Under the pieces are notes generated by a model. The model saw nothing but the letters and a program-made list of their open reading frames with translations. It did not search any database and was not told the origin of the DNA. Of a DNA stretch of 64,000 nt, positions 1 to 8,955 are shown one piece after another (within the stretch, counting starts at the first letter, position 1; each line of letters begins with the position of its first letter). The translations under genes were made by a program, and so were the position numbers. The DNA comes from Candidatus Parcubacteria bacterium (GTDB lineage Bacteria > Patescibacteriota > Patescibacteriia > CAIXNZ01): assembly GCA_026395685.1 (NCBI GenBank), contig JAPLYG010000012.1, positions 7,039 through 71,038 on the forward strand, read 5' to 3'.

Positions 1-1428
1 ATTTTGATTTTAAATTTATCCAAAGGCAGAATCGGTGAAGATGCTTCAGCTTTGATGGGAGCTATGATGGTAACCAAAATTCAATTGGCTGCCATGAGCC
101 GTGTCGATATTCCGGAAGAAGAAAGAAATGATTTTTATCTCTATGTCGACGAATTTCAGAATTTTATTACTGATTCTTTTGCCAATATTTTATCTGAGGC
201 CAGAAAATACCGTTTAAATTTAACAATTGCTCACCAGTACATTGAACAGCTTGGTGAAGTAGTTTGTCCTGCCGTTTTCGGTAATGTAGGCACTATAATT
301 GTTTTTCGCATTGGTGCGGCCGATGCGGAGTTTTTGGAACAGGAATTTGCACCTAATATTACTATGGAGGATTTAGTAAATCTTCCCAAATGGCATGTTT
401 ATATGAAGCTGATGATTGATGGTATAACCAGTGATCCTTTTTCTGCCCGTGGTTTGCCGCCTGTTTTCAGTAAATCAATGGGTAATGAGGAAAAAGTAAT
501 CCGCGCCTCCCGCGAACGCTATACCAAACCGAGAGAAGTGGTGGAAGATAAAATATACCGTTGGAGCTTGGGAGATAAGGCCGAAGCAGGCCATGGTAAA
601 AATGTGCAGGCACCGATAGTTGTCGATACTTTTGCCAAAAGGCAGGAAAGCCGCGGTGATGACCGCAGAGATAATCGTCGCGATGATCGTCGTGATAATC
701 GTAGAGATGACAGACGTTCAGATTCTCGTCCGACCCAAAATAGACCAAGTAATCAGGCGCCAGCCAGGCCTGCAACTTCAAACCAGACAGTAACGACTCA
801 GCCTGCAGTTAAGCAAGATCGAAATGCCACCGCAAACCCAGCCAAGCAAATGTATCAGACAAATTGTGATAATTGTGGCATTGATATTGAAATTCCATTT
901 ATTCCGGATAAATCACGGCCGGTTTATTGTAAAGAGTGCCTGAAAAAATCAAGACGCGGAGAAATCAGCATCAAAGCGCCTAAGGCAATGGAAGTCTCAG
1001 AAGAGAAAGAAGCTGTACCAACCGTTTCATTAGATCAGTTAAATAAGCAGACCGTTGATTTTAAGGGCCGACCTCTGGCAAAGACTAGCCAACGTGAAGA
1101 AAAACCAAAACAGCCTGCGCTCAAAGAAGATCGCCCTCGTATTGAGCCGCCGCCAATCAGGACTGCGCCAAAACCAGAATCCCAGTCTGAAGATTTGAAA
1201 GCTGAATCAAAAGAAAAAGCTCCAAGGCAAAAACAGCCAAGAGTAGAAATTCCACCAATCAGGACCGCTCCCAAATCTGAGCCTAAGATAGAAACTAAAA
1301 CGGAAAGTAATGAAGGTGTATCAGCTCCTCAGCCATTGAAAAAGACTCAAGGTTCAGTTAATTTAATTGAACAGTTGGGGCAGGAGGATAGTGGCGAAGT
1401 TAAAGAGGGGGAGGAAGTGGAACTTTAA
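1..1428 (+). CDS. Partial (5'-truncated at window edge) TraG/VirD4/HerA-like AAA ATPase C-terminal region. It has a long low-complexity tail and a C-terminal CxxC...CxxC zinc ribbon.
   Basis: Walker-B-like YLYVDEFQNF is followed by LNLTIAHQ and VFRIG motifs typical of FtsK/TraG-type ATPases. Tail carries an RRDDRRDNRRDD repeat, a duplicated P(R)IEPPPIRTAPK segment and CDNCG...CKEC. No upstream start lies inside the window. Confidence 0.45.
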   Translation: MLILNLSKGRIGEDASALMGAMMVTKIQLAAMSRVDIPEEERNDFYLYVDEFQNFITDSFANILSEARKYRLNLTIAHQYIEQLGEVVCPAVFGNVGTIIVFRIGAADAEFLEQEFAPNITMEDLVNLPKWHVYMKLMIDGITSDPFSARGLPPVFSKSMGNEEKVIRASRERYTKPREVVEDKIYRWSLGDKAEAGHGKNVQAPIVVDTFAKRQESRGDDRRDNRRDDRRDNRRDDRRSDSRPTQNRPSNQAPARPATSNQTVTTQPAVKQDRNATANPAKQMYQTNCDNCGIDIEIPFIPDKSRPVYCKECLKKSRRGEISIKAPKAMEVSEEKEAVPTVSLDQLNKQTVDFKGRPLAKTSQREEKPKQPALKEDRPRIEPPPIRTAPKPESQSEDLKAESKEKAPRQKQPRVEIPPIRTAPKSEPKIETKTESNEGVSAPQPLKKTQGSVNLIEQLGQEDSGEVKEGEEVEL

Positions 1429-1565
1429 AATAATCAATAACCAATAATCAATCATCAAACAATACCAAATATTAAAATTCTAATCTCCGAATTGTTTTGT
1501 TATTAGTTATTAGACATTAGAATTTGTTTGAATATTGATTATTGATGCTTGGTGATTAAAAAATT

Positions 1566-2006
1566 ATGTTATATCTCGGTGCGGATCATGCCGGCTTTAA
1601 ATTGAAAGAGCAGCTTAAAAAGTATTTATTAACCCAAAAGATTAAATTTGCTGATTTGGGTAATTTAAAATTGGATAAAAATGATGATTATCCTGATTTT
1701 GGCTTTAAGGTCGCCAAGGCCGTATCTAAAGATGATGGTTCTAAGGGGATTTTAATATGCGGATCTTCTTTTGGCGTTTGCATTGTGGCCAATAAAGTTA
1801 AAGGGATTCGCGCAGTTTCTATAAGTAATATTAAAGACGCTAAATTGTCCCGCGAACATAATGATGCCAATGTTTTATGCCTTTCCGGCTGGGATTTGAA
1901 GTTGCCCTTGGCGCAGAAGATAATTAAAATTTGGTTGGATACTAAGTTTAATGGCGCGCCAAGACATAAAAGACGTTTAAATAAAATTAGCCGATATGAA
2001 AGCTAA
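1566..2006 (+). CDS. rpiB: Ribose-5-phosphate isomerase B
   Basis: MLYLGADHAGF...ILICGSSFGVCIVANK, RpiB/LacAB signature. Confidence 0.88.
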   Translation: MLYLGADHAGFKLKEQLKKYLLTQKIKFADLGNLKLDKNDDYPDFGFKVAKAVSKDDGSKGILICGSSFGVCIVANKVKGIRAVSISNIKDAKLSREHNDANVLCLSGWDLKLPLAQKIIKIWLDTKFNGAPRHKRRLNKISRYES

Positions 2007-2631
2007 GATTGTACCTACTATATTGACTCAAAGTTTTGCTGATTTTAAAAAGCGGCTGAAAGCTCTTGAGCCTTTTTTTAAATTAGTGCAGATTGATTGC
2101 GCGGACGGGAAATTTGTGAAGAACAAAACCTTCTATGATAAATTTGGAATCTGTAATCTGAAATCTGAAATCTATTATGAACTGCATTTGATGGTAAGGG
2201 AACCGCTTAGGGAAATTAAAAAGTGGGTTGGGTTTAAGAAAATTAAAAGCGTGATTTTTCATTATGAAGCTGTAAAAGAAAAAGAAATTTTAGAAATTAT
2301 AACTTTTTTACATAAAAAGGGGATTAAAGCGGGATTGGCGATTAATTTGGAAACTAAAGTTGAGAAGATAGCAAGAATTTTGCCTAAACTTGATGTTATA
2401 CTGGTTATGGGGGTTAAGCCGGGATGGGGAGGACAAAAAATAAGTCTGAAAGTTGTAAAGTCAAAAGTTTCTAAAGTCAGAAAGATGTTTCCGAATTTGG
2501 ATGTTGAAGTTGATGGGGGGGTTAATTTAAAAAATGCAAAGGAATTAATTCAATCGGGCGCTAATATTCTGGCAATAGGTAAGTCACTGAATTCCGAAGC
2601 GATAATTAAAAGATTTAAAGGTGTAAGATAA
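1996..2631 (+). CDS. rpe: Ribulose-phosphate 3-epimerase
   Basis: N-terminal KIVPTILTQSFADF and VMGVKPGWGGQK, DVEVDGGVN motifs of Rpe. Overlaps the rpiB stop. Confidence 0.82.
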   Translation: MKAKIVPTILTQSFADFKKRLKALEPFFKLVQIDCADGKFVKNKTFYDKFGICNLKSEIYYELHLMVREPLREIKKWVGFKKIKSVIFHYEAVKEKEILEIITFLHKKGIKAGLAINLETKVEKIARILPKLDVILVMGVKPGWGGQKISLKVVKSKVSKVRKMFPNLDVEVDGGVNLKNAKELIQSGANILAIGKSLNSEAIIKRFKGVR

Positions 2632-2651
2632 AGAACTAAAGAAAAAAGTTT

Positions 2652-3785
2652 ATGAGAGTAGCTTTGAATATTACGAGAGAATACTTAGGCGGGATAACAA
2701 CGGGAAATTACAGTTTATTGAATTTTTTAGAAAAAGCAGGTAAATCAACTATTGGGATAGAAGTAAACCCCAAAATGCATATCAGAGGGGCAACGGCTTT
2801 TTGGCATCTGAATCCGGATCTTTTTGAACAGCATATTTTTAATATTCATGACCTGCCGATTGGTAATATTATAAAAAAGGCTAAAACTTTAGGTGAGGTT
2901 GAGAAATTTTATCGTCCGATAATCAATAAAATCAAAATTGTCTTAAAACGAGAGGTGCCGGATGTGATTTTGCTTAATGGCACATATTATATACCCTGGA
3001 TGATTTCGATTGCCGCGTATGAGCTTGATATACCGATAGTCTTGCGTTACGCCGGCGTATTGTCAAAGGAAGTACAGTGGATGAGCCCGAAGGCCAGAAA
3101 GATTTTTTTGGCCATGGAAAGATCTTTTAAAAAACGGGTATATTCATATATGTTTCCTTCACAGATTACCAGGGATATAGTGGAAAAAGAAGTTTATAAA
3201 AGCTCAATAAAAAGAGCGTATATTATTCCTAATCCCGTGAATATTCCGGATTTGCTTGAATTGCGCCCTCCTGTTGATAGGCGTGTGGCAATTGTGGGCA
3301 GATATACCAAGATTAAGAATTTTGATACATTTTTCAAGATTGATCGGATTTTAAGAAATCAAAAGTGGAACCATGAATCCACCTTTGTGACAAAAGTTAA
3401 CGGGTTAAAAAAATTTCCCAAGACAATAAATATAATGGCGCCGATGAGGCCGGAAGGCTTGTATGAATTCTATATGTCGCAGGGATTAATTGTTTCACCT
3501 TCATACTTTGAAACTTTTGGAAACGTACCTATGGAAGCAGCTTGCTTAGGTGTGCCGGTTTTGGTCAGTGATCAAATGGGTTGTGCTGAGATTCTAAAGT
3601 TAGCTGGTTTATCAAATATGGTTATGCCTTTTGATAATTTGCATGCGGTAGCGGAAAGAATAAAAAAATTATGCGGACAGCAGATCTTGCCGCATCAGTT
3701 GAATAATTTGCGCAAAAGATTAAGCCCAAAATTAATTAATGAACAGATCCTCGCCGTTTTAAAAGTAACGGCCAAGAGCGTTTAG
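2652..3785 (+). CDS. GT-B glycosyltransferase (GT1/GT4-like)
   Basis: C-terminal E-x7-E-like motif ETFGNVPMEAACLGVPVLVSDQMG. Confidence 0.75.
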   Translation: MRVALNITREYLGGITTGNYSLLNFLEKAGKSTIGIEVNPKMHIRGATAFWHLNPDLFEQHIFNIHDLPIGNIIKKAKTLGEVEKFYRPIINKIKIVLKREVPDVILLNGTYYIPWMISIAAYELDIPIVLRYAGVLSKEVQWMSPKARKIFLAMERSFKKRVYSYMFPSQITRDIVEKEVYKSSIKRAYIIPNPVNIPDLLELRPPVDRRVAIVGRYTKIKNFDTFFKIDRILRNQKWNHESTFVTKVNGLKKFPKTINIMAPMRPEGLYEFYMSQGLIVSPSYFETFGNVPMEAACLGVPVLVSDQMGCAEILKLAGLSNMVMPFDNLHAVAERIKKLCGQQILPHQLNNLRKRLSPKLINEQILAVLKVTAKSV

Positions 3786-3917
3786 TATTATTGAATAAAT
3801 ATTTTGAAAAATATAAAGTTTGATTAATTATTGATATATATTTACGAATAAGCTACAGATCTACAGATAGCGCGGCTGATTAGTAGATTCGTAGTCAATT
3901 CGTAGATTAGTAACCAT

Positions 3918-4334
3918 ATGACCATTCATCGCTGTAAAATTTGCGGTTATATCTACAAAGACGGTGAAGCGCCGGCAGAGTGTCCGATTTGCCAGAATCA
4001 GAATTGCTTTGAAGAGATTCCTGAAGCTAAGGTCGATTATGAATTTTTTAAAGATTGCTGGACTCGACAGGTTAAATGGATGAATGCCACCAAATATCAG
4101 AATGAGATTATGTTAAATCCGGATGAAAATGTTTTAAAACAGCTGGCTGAAACCGAGAAAAAATTCCTGCTTGAAGGCAAACAGGCTTATTGTCCCTGCC
4201 GTATTTTAACAGGCAATGAACTGGCTGATCGCAAGATTATTTGTCCGTGTTATTTTTACATGGGGGAAGTGGAACTGCAGGGGAGATGCCATTGCAGTCT
4301 GTATGTGACACCGAAATGGGTGGAAAAGAAGTAA
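3918..4334 (+). CDS. Rubredoxin-like Zn/Fe ribbon fused to a ferredoxin:thioredoxin-reductase catalytic-subunit-like domain
   Basis: N-terminal CKICGY...CPICQ (rubredoxin-like). C-terminal CPC-x14-CPC-x12-CHC matches the FTR catalytic-chain Cys/His signature. Confidence 0.6.
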   Translation: MTIHRCKICGYIYKDGEAPAECPICQNQNCFEEIPEAKVDYEFFKDCWTRQVKWMNATKYQNEIMLNPDENVLKQLAETEKKFLLEGKQAYCPCRILTGNELADRKIICPCYFYMGEVELQGRCHCSLYVTPKWVEKK

Positions 4335-4341
4335 ACCGAGC

Positions 4342-4612
4342 AGCTGTCATTCAGAGCGAAGCCTCGAAAGGGCGCAGCGTGGAATCCTGTTTTCCGCATT
4401 CCCATTTCCGCTCAATGCTTGGCCTTGTTGCTCGGGATCCAATCCCCTCCTATCATTCTGGATTTGTAGAATACGGAATGTCGCTAGGGAATTGGATTCC
4501 TAAGCCCTATTCGCAATCTGAAAGGATTCTTCGCTACACTAACGGATTCCCTGTTTAAAGGGGAATATAAATTTCTAGCTTCGCTCTGAATGACGGCTGG
4601 CGTTTTCGCCCA
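4342..4612. repeat. MITE/REP-like element (family A, copy 1). About 258 bp bounded by 22-bp terminal inverted repeats, plus a GCGTTTTCGCCC tail.
   Basis: Left end CAGCTGTCATTCAGAGCGAAGC (4342-4363). Right end GCTTCGCTCTGAATGACGGCTG (4578-4599). The same cores recur at 11108-11292 and 14076-14170. The overlapping ORF 4241..4558 is probably not a gene. Confidence 0.6.
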
Positions 4613-4630
4613 AATTAACGATTTACAACT

Positions 4631-5041
4631 ATGGAAAATAATGACAGAAAAAAGAAACAAGTTTTAAAATTTGCTAAAATATACTCTGTTGTTTTAGTAA
4701 TTGCTGGCATAGTATATTCTTATGCAGTTTATGCTGCTTTAGAAATTTTAAGCCGCGGTACTGAATTTTTAGCAACTAGAAATTTATCTCAGTCAGAAAT
4801 CAAATTTAATATTATATTTTTTATTCTAGTAGCAATGTATTGCTTAATTGGTGGTTTCGGATTATATAAATCGAAAAAGTGGGCATTTTATTTTGTTGTC
4901 GGAATTGGAATCTTTATATTTTTTGTATCTGTTTTCCGATTTTTAACTTCGCTTGATTTTAATGTTCTTGGAATAACTGATATTGTTTTAGGCGTAACAT
5001 CAATTTATTTTATTAGAAATAGACGCTATTTTGAAAAATAA
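4631..5041 (+). CDS. Hypothetical integral membrane protein (4 predicted TM helices)
   Basis: Hydrophobic segments. Overlaps the start of the transketolase N-subunit gene. Confidence 0.45.
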   Translation: MENNDRKKKQVLKFAKIYSVVLVIAGIVYSYAVYAALEILSRGTEFLATRNLSQSEIKFNIIFFILVAMYCLIGGFGLYKSKKWAFYFVVGIGIFIFFVSVFRFLTSLDFNVLGITDIVLGVTSIYFIRNRRYFEK

Positions 5042-5861
5042 CATGAAAAATAACATCAAACAACTTGAAAAAATGGCCAATACTTTGCGCCAGGATGTAA
5101 TTCGCATGCTGGTTGAAGCAGGTAGTGGCCATACTGCCGGTCCTTTGGGATTAGCAGATATTTTTGCTGCCTTGTATTTTAATGTTTTAAAACATAATCC
5201 GAAAAATCCCAAATGGGAACAGCGCGATCGTTTATGTTTATCCTGTGGTCATGTCGTGCCGATTCGCTACGCGGCTATGGCGAGAGCTGGTTATTTTCCG
5301 TTGTCTTGGTTAAAGACTTTGAGAAAATTAGGCTCCAAATTGCAGGGCCATCCTTCATATCAGGATATGCCTGCTTTGGAACATTCCAGCGGGCCTTTGG
5401 GGCAGGGAGTTTCAGTAGCAGTTGGCATGGCTTTGGCGGCCAAAATGAAAAAGCAAAAGCATTTTGTTTATTGCGTTACTAGCGACGGCGAACAGGACGA
5501 GGGTGAAACCTGGGAAGCAATTTTATGCGCCGCCAAGTATAAGCTGGATAATTTGATTTTTATTCTGGATCGCAACATGATTCAGATTGACGGCTTTACT
5601 GAAAAAATAATGCCTCTGACGCATTTGCATGAAAAATATCAGGCGTTTAGATGGCATGTTCAGAAAATTGATGGTAATAATATGAAACAAATTTTAGCTG
5701 CGTTGAATAACGCTAAAAGAATTAAAGGTAAGCCAAAAGTTATTGTCGCTCATACAATTCCGGGTAAGGGGGTGAGTTTTATGGAGAATAAGTGGGAATG
5801 GCACGGGAAAGCGCCGACAGTTGAGGAGGCGAACAGGGCATTAATTGAACTTAAAAATTAA
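5031..5861 (+). CDS. tkt: Transketolase, N-terminal (TPP-binding) subunit of a split enzyme
   Basis: GSGHTAGPLGLADIFAALYF and GPLGQGVSVAVGMA motifs. Confidence 0.88.
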   Translation: MKNNMKNNIKQLEKMANTLRQDVIRMLVEAGSGHTAGPLGLADIFAALYFNVLKHNPKNPKWEQRDRLCLSCGHVVPIRYAAMARAGYFPLSWLKTLRKLGSKLQGHPSYQDMPALEHSSGPLGQGVSVAVGMALAAKMKKQKHFVYCVTSDGEQDEGETWEAILCAAKYKLDNLIFILDRNMIQIDGFTEKIMPLTHLHEKYQAFRWHVQKIDGNNMKQILAALNNAKRIKGKPKVIVAHTIPGKGVSFMENKWEWHGKAPTVEEANRALIELKN

Positions 5862-6900
5862 TTATAAAAACATGCGTACAATTATTATTTTATTTGTGGT
5901 GATTACCATTCTGACTTTAGTGGTTATAGGAGGAGTGGTTTATTATTCACAACTTAACAATATTAACAATTTGACCACCCAGCATCAGGCTGATTTGGAT
6001 AAGCTCAATCAGCAGATTCATGATTTACAGAAACAATTGGCGGATAATCAGCAATTTGATAATTCACAACCGGCAGTCAGGATTTTCGCCGAAGGTCAGC
6101 CTTATGAATTTCAATTAACGATTCCATCTGACTGGAAAGACGTCATTGTTGCTGAGGAACATCCGAGTGCTAAGGATGATCAGCGCGAGGTTGGTTATAG
6201 ATTTTCATTAACCGCCCCAAGCACACAAAAAGAAGCATTTATGTTTGTAATTAATGTTTATAAAAATGATATCTGGAAAAATGTTGAGGGTACTTTGCCC
6301 AATAATGAAGTGATTTATAAAAATACTGAGTATACGTATACTATGGGGCAGAGATTAGATTGGGGAGGTGAGGGGTTTTCAGACACTTTAACCCCAGCTT
6401 CAAGTATAATAAAAACTTTTAAGGCTAATGTTGTATCAATAGCCGATCCTTATGAAGGCTGGCTGACATATACAAACAGTAAATATGGTTATACAATAGC
6501 ATATCCTAAGGGTGCCCAGATTAAAGAAATTTCAAAAGATGAAATTTCAAAGTCTGACATAGTCGGAGTGGCAATTAATTATAAATATGGGCATGTCACA
6601 GTTATACTTAAGGAAGCATTTCCTGGCTGGGGTATCGGTTGCGATATTACTCCATTGAAAGAAAAAGTGACTATTGAAGGTAAGCTTTACAATTCAAGCG
6701 GTTATGATGTGCGTTGTCCCGGGACTGATAATTTACAAAATCATTCTCAAGTTCTAAAAACAGAAATTAACAGTAATCTGATGATTGAATATGGTTCATA
6801 CGCCTTAGAAAATCCTACAGCATTATTTAATTCATATTTAGAACAAAAGCCGGAAATAATTAAAATAGTTGAATCGTTTAATCGAACATTAGGGCAATGA
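5845..6900 (+). CDS. Hypothetical membrane-anchored protein (N-terminal TM, coiled coil, beta-rich domain) inserted between the two transketolase halves
   Basis: TM IIILFVVITILTLVVIGGVVYY. Coiled coil LDKLNQQIHDLQKQLADNQQ. Overlaps both tkt subunit genes. Confidence 0.5.
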   Translation: MNLKINYKNMRTIIILFVVITILTLVVIGGVVYYSQLNNINNLTTQHQADLDKLNQQIHDLQKQLADNQQFDNSQPAVRIFAEGQPYEFQLTIPSDWKDVIVAEEHPSAKDDQREVGYRFSLTAPSTQKEAFMFVINVYKNDIWKNVEGTLPNNEVIYKNTEYTYTMGQRLDWGGEGFSDTLTPASSIIKTFKANVVSIADPYEGWLTYTNSKYGYTIAYPKGAQIKEISKDEISKSDIVGVAINYKYGHVTVILKEAFPGWGIGCDITPLKEKVTIEGKLYNSSGYDVRCPGTDNLQNHSQVLKTEINSNLMIEYGSYALENPTALFNSYLEQKPEIIKIVESFNRTLGQ

Positions 6901-7850
6901 TTATAAATAATAAAAAACTAGAAATGAAATCCTGCCGCGACGGATTTGGCAAGGCGCTTTTGGAGTTGGGGAAGAAAGATAAGAAAGTGGTAGTTGTGTC
7001 CGCCGATTTGGCTGAATCAACTCGCTGTTTGGATTTTAGTAAAGAATATCCTAGCCGTTTTTTTGAAGTGGGAGTGGCAGAACAGAATATGGCGGGTGTG
7101 GGAGCTGGATTAGCTTTGGAAGGTTTGACACCGTTTATTTGTTCTTTTGCAGTCTTTAGTCCCGGTCGAAACTGGGAACAGATCAGGGTTTCAATTTGTT
7201 ACAATAAAGCCAATGTCAAAATCGTCAGTTCACACGCCGGTTTAAATGTCGGTGAGGACGGCGCCACTCATCAGGCGCTTGAAGATATTGCTTTGATGCG
7301 GGTTTTGCCAAATATGACTGTAATTGCGCCTTGCGACTTTGAAGAAACCCAAAAAGCGGTTATGGCGGCTGCTAAAATTGAAGGTCCTGTTTATATCCGT
7401 TTTGGACGCGAAAAGACGCCCATAATTTCAGGCAATTCAAAATTCCAAATCGGCAAAGCCAATATTTTAAGGCAGGGAAAAAATGTGACCATAATTGCCT
7501 GCGGACCCATGGTTTATGAAGCTTTGGCAGCAGCTGATGAATTAGCTAAACAAAAAATTTCAGCTGAAGTGATTAATTGCCACACCATTAAGCCGATTGA
7601 TAAGGCGACGATTATTAAATCTGCGAAAAAGACTAAAAAGGTAATCACTATTGAAGAACATCAGGTTAATGGGGGATTAGGCAGCGCCGTGGCAGAAGTT
7701 TTGAGCCAAAAATGTCCTGTGCCAATGAAAATTATCGGCATGCTTGATAAATTCGGTGAGTCGGGGACGGCGAAACAGCTTTTGGATAAATATGAATTGA
7801 ATGCAAGTAAAATAATTAAAGTGATAAAAATGAATGCTCGGAACCACTGA
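6897..7850 (+). CDS. tkt: Transketolase, C-terminal (pyrimidine-binding) subunit
   Basis: VVVVSADLAESTR...FEVGVAEQNMAGVGAGLALEG. Confidence 0.88.
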   Translation: MIINNKKLEMKSCRDGFGKALLELGKKDKKVVVVSADLAESTRCLDFSKEYPSRFFEVGVAEQNMAGVGAGLALEGLTPFICSFAVFSPGRNWEQIRVSICYNKANVKIVSSHAGLNVGEDGATHQALEDIALMRVLPNMTVIAPCDFEETQKAVMAAAKIEGPVYIRFGREKTPIISGNSKFQIGKANILRQGKNVTIIACGPMVYEALAAADELAKQKISAEVINCHTIKPIDKATIIKSAKKTKKVITIEEHQVNGGLGSAVAEVLSQKCPVPMKIIGMLDKFGESGTAKQLLDKYELNASKIIKVIKMNARNH

Positions 7851-7912
7851 TTTTAATCACTGATAACACTAATATTATCTGTGCGATCAGTGAATAATAA
7901 TCTGTGGTTAAG
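7839..7912. repeat. Imperfect palindromic element (family C), GGAACCACTGA...CTGTGGTTAAG
   Basis: Arms AACCACTGATTTTAATCACTGAT and ATCAGTGAATAATAATCTGTGGTT are reverse complements with few mismatches. Related to 15551-16112 and 20963-21036. Confidence 0.55.
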
Positions 7913-7930
7913 AAGATTCAATAAAAGTGT

Positions 7931-8815
7931 ATGAATAATCCTAAACAACTTTACATTCTCCCATTTGACCACCGCGCTTCCTTTTTTCGCGATCTTTTTG
8001 GCTGGAAAGAGCCTTTGACTAAAGCGCAATATAACAAAGTTAAAGAAGCCAAACAGATTATCTGGTATGCGTTTGTGCGATCTTGGGCCAAGTGCAAGAA
8101 AACTTGCAAAGGAAATATGGGGATTTTGGTTGATGAAGAGTTTGGAACTGATATCCTGAAAGCAGCTAAGAAGCTGGGTGCGGTCAGGATTTTGACCACT
8201 GAAAAAAGCGGACAGAAAGTTTTTGATTTTGAATTCGGCTCCAAGTTTGGCCAGCATCTTTTGAAATTCAAGCCTGAATATTCCAAAGTATTAGTCCGTT
8301 ATAATCCCGTGAATAAGAAGGATAATTTAGAGCAGCTTAAACGTCTGAAAAAGATGAGTGATTTTTGTCTTAAGAATAAGATCGGATTCCTGTTTGAACT
8401 TTTAGTGCCGGCCACCGATGAGCAGCTGAAAAAATATGGTAAGAATTATGACTTGAAAGCTCGTCCGTTTTTGTCAGTTCAGGCCATGAAGGAAATAAAT
8501 AAATTCGGCATTAAGGTTGATATTTGGAAGCTGGAAGCCATGCCCCGTAACTATTGGCCCAAGATCATTAAAGTCGCCGGGAAAGCCCAAATTGTGGTTC
8601 TGGGAAGGGCTGGCACTAAGGCTCTAGTCAGTCAATGGCTGAAATGTGCAGCTCAATTCAAGGAAATAATTGGTTTTGCAGTTGGACGCACTATCTTTTT
8701 TCAGCCTTTGGAACAATGGCGGGATGGGAAGATTAGTAAGGATAAGGCGATTGGTTTGATTGCGAAAAACTTTGAGTATTTTGTTTATTTATGGGAAAAG
8801 GCTAAGAAAAATTAG
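7931..8815 (+). CDS. Class I aldolase of the LacD / DUF2090 (IolC C-terminal-like) TIM-barrel family
   Basis: YILPFDHRASFF resembles the LacD AFDQRG motif and GIKVDIWKLE resembles LacD VDVLKVEVP. Sits in a pentose-phosphate context next to a PfkB kinase. Confidence 0.45.
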   Translation: MNNPKQLYILPFDHRASFFRDLFGWKEPLTKAQYNKVKEAKQIIWYAFVRSWAKCKKTCKGNMGILVDEEFGTDILKAAKKLGAVRILTTEKSGQKVFDFEFGSKFGQHLLKFKPEYSKVLVRYNPVNKKDNLEQLKRLKKMSDFCLKNKIGFLFELLVPATDEQLKKYGKNYDLKARPFLSVQAMKEINKFGIKVDIWKLEAMPRNYWPKIIKVAGKAQIVVLGRAGTKALVSQWLKCAAQFKEIIGFAVGRTIFFQPLEQWRDGKISKDKAIGLIAKNFEYFVYLWEKAKKN

Positions 8816-8820
8816 CTTCT

Positions 8821-8910
8821 GGGCGAAAACGGCTGTGTTTTGAGGACGGTAGAGACGCGGTATACCGCGTCTCTACCAGAGAACGTCTTCGACGACAGCC
8901 GTTTTCGCCC
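8821..8910. repeat. Nested palindromic element (family A-related)
   Basis: Outer perfect 16-bp inverted repeat GGGCGAAAACGGCTGT / ACAGCCGTTTTCGCCC. It encloses the perfect palindrome GTAGAGACGCGGTATACCGCGTCTCTAC. Confidence 0.65.
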
Positions 8911-8955
8911 GTAACCATTTCATAATTTAGATTTAATAATTCATAATTTAATTAT

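Noticed and set aside
4241-4558. ORF 105 aa on the + strand
   Set aside because: It lies entirely within the MITE-like family A element and overlaps the FTR-like gene end. Its reading frame reflects the repeat rather than a gene.
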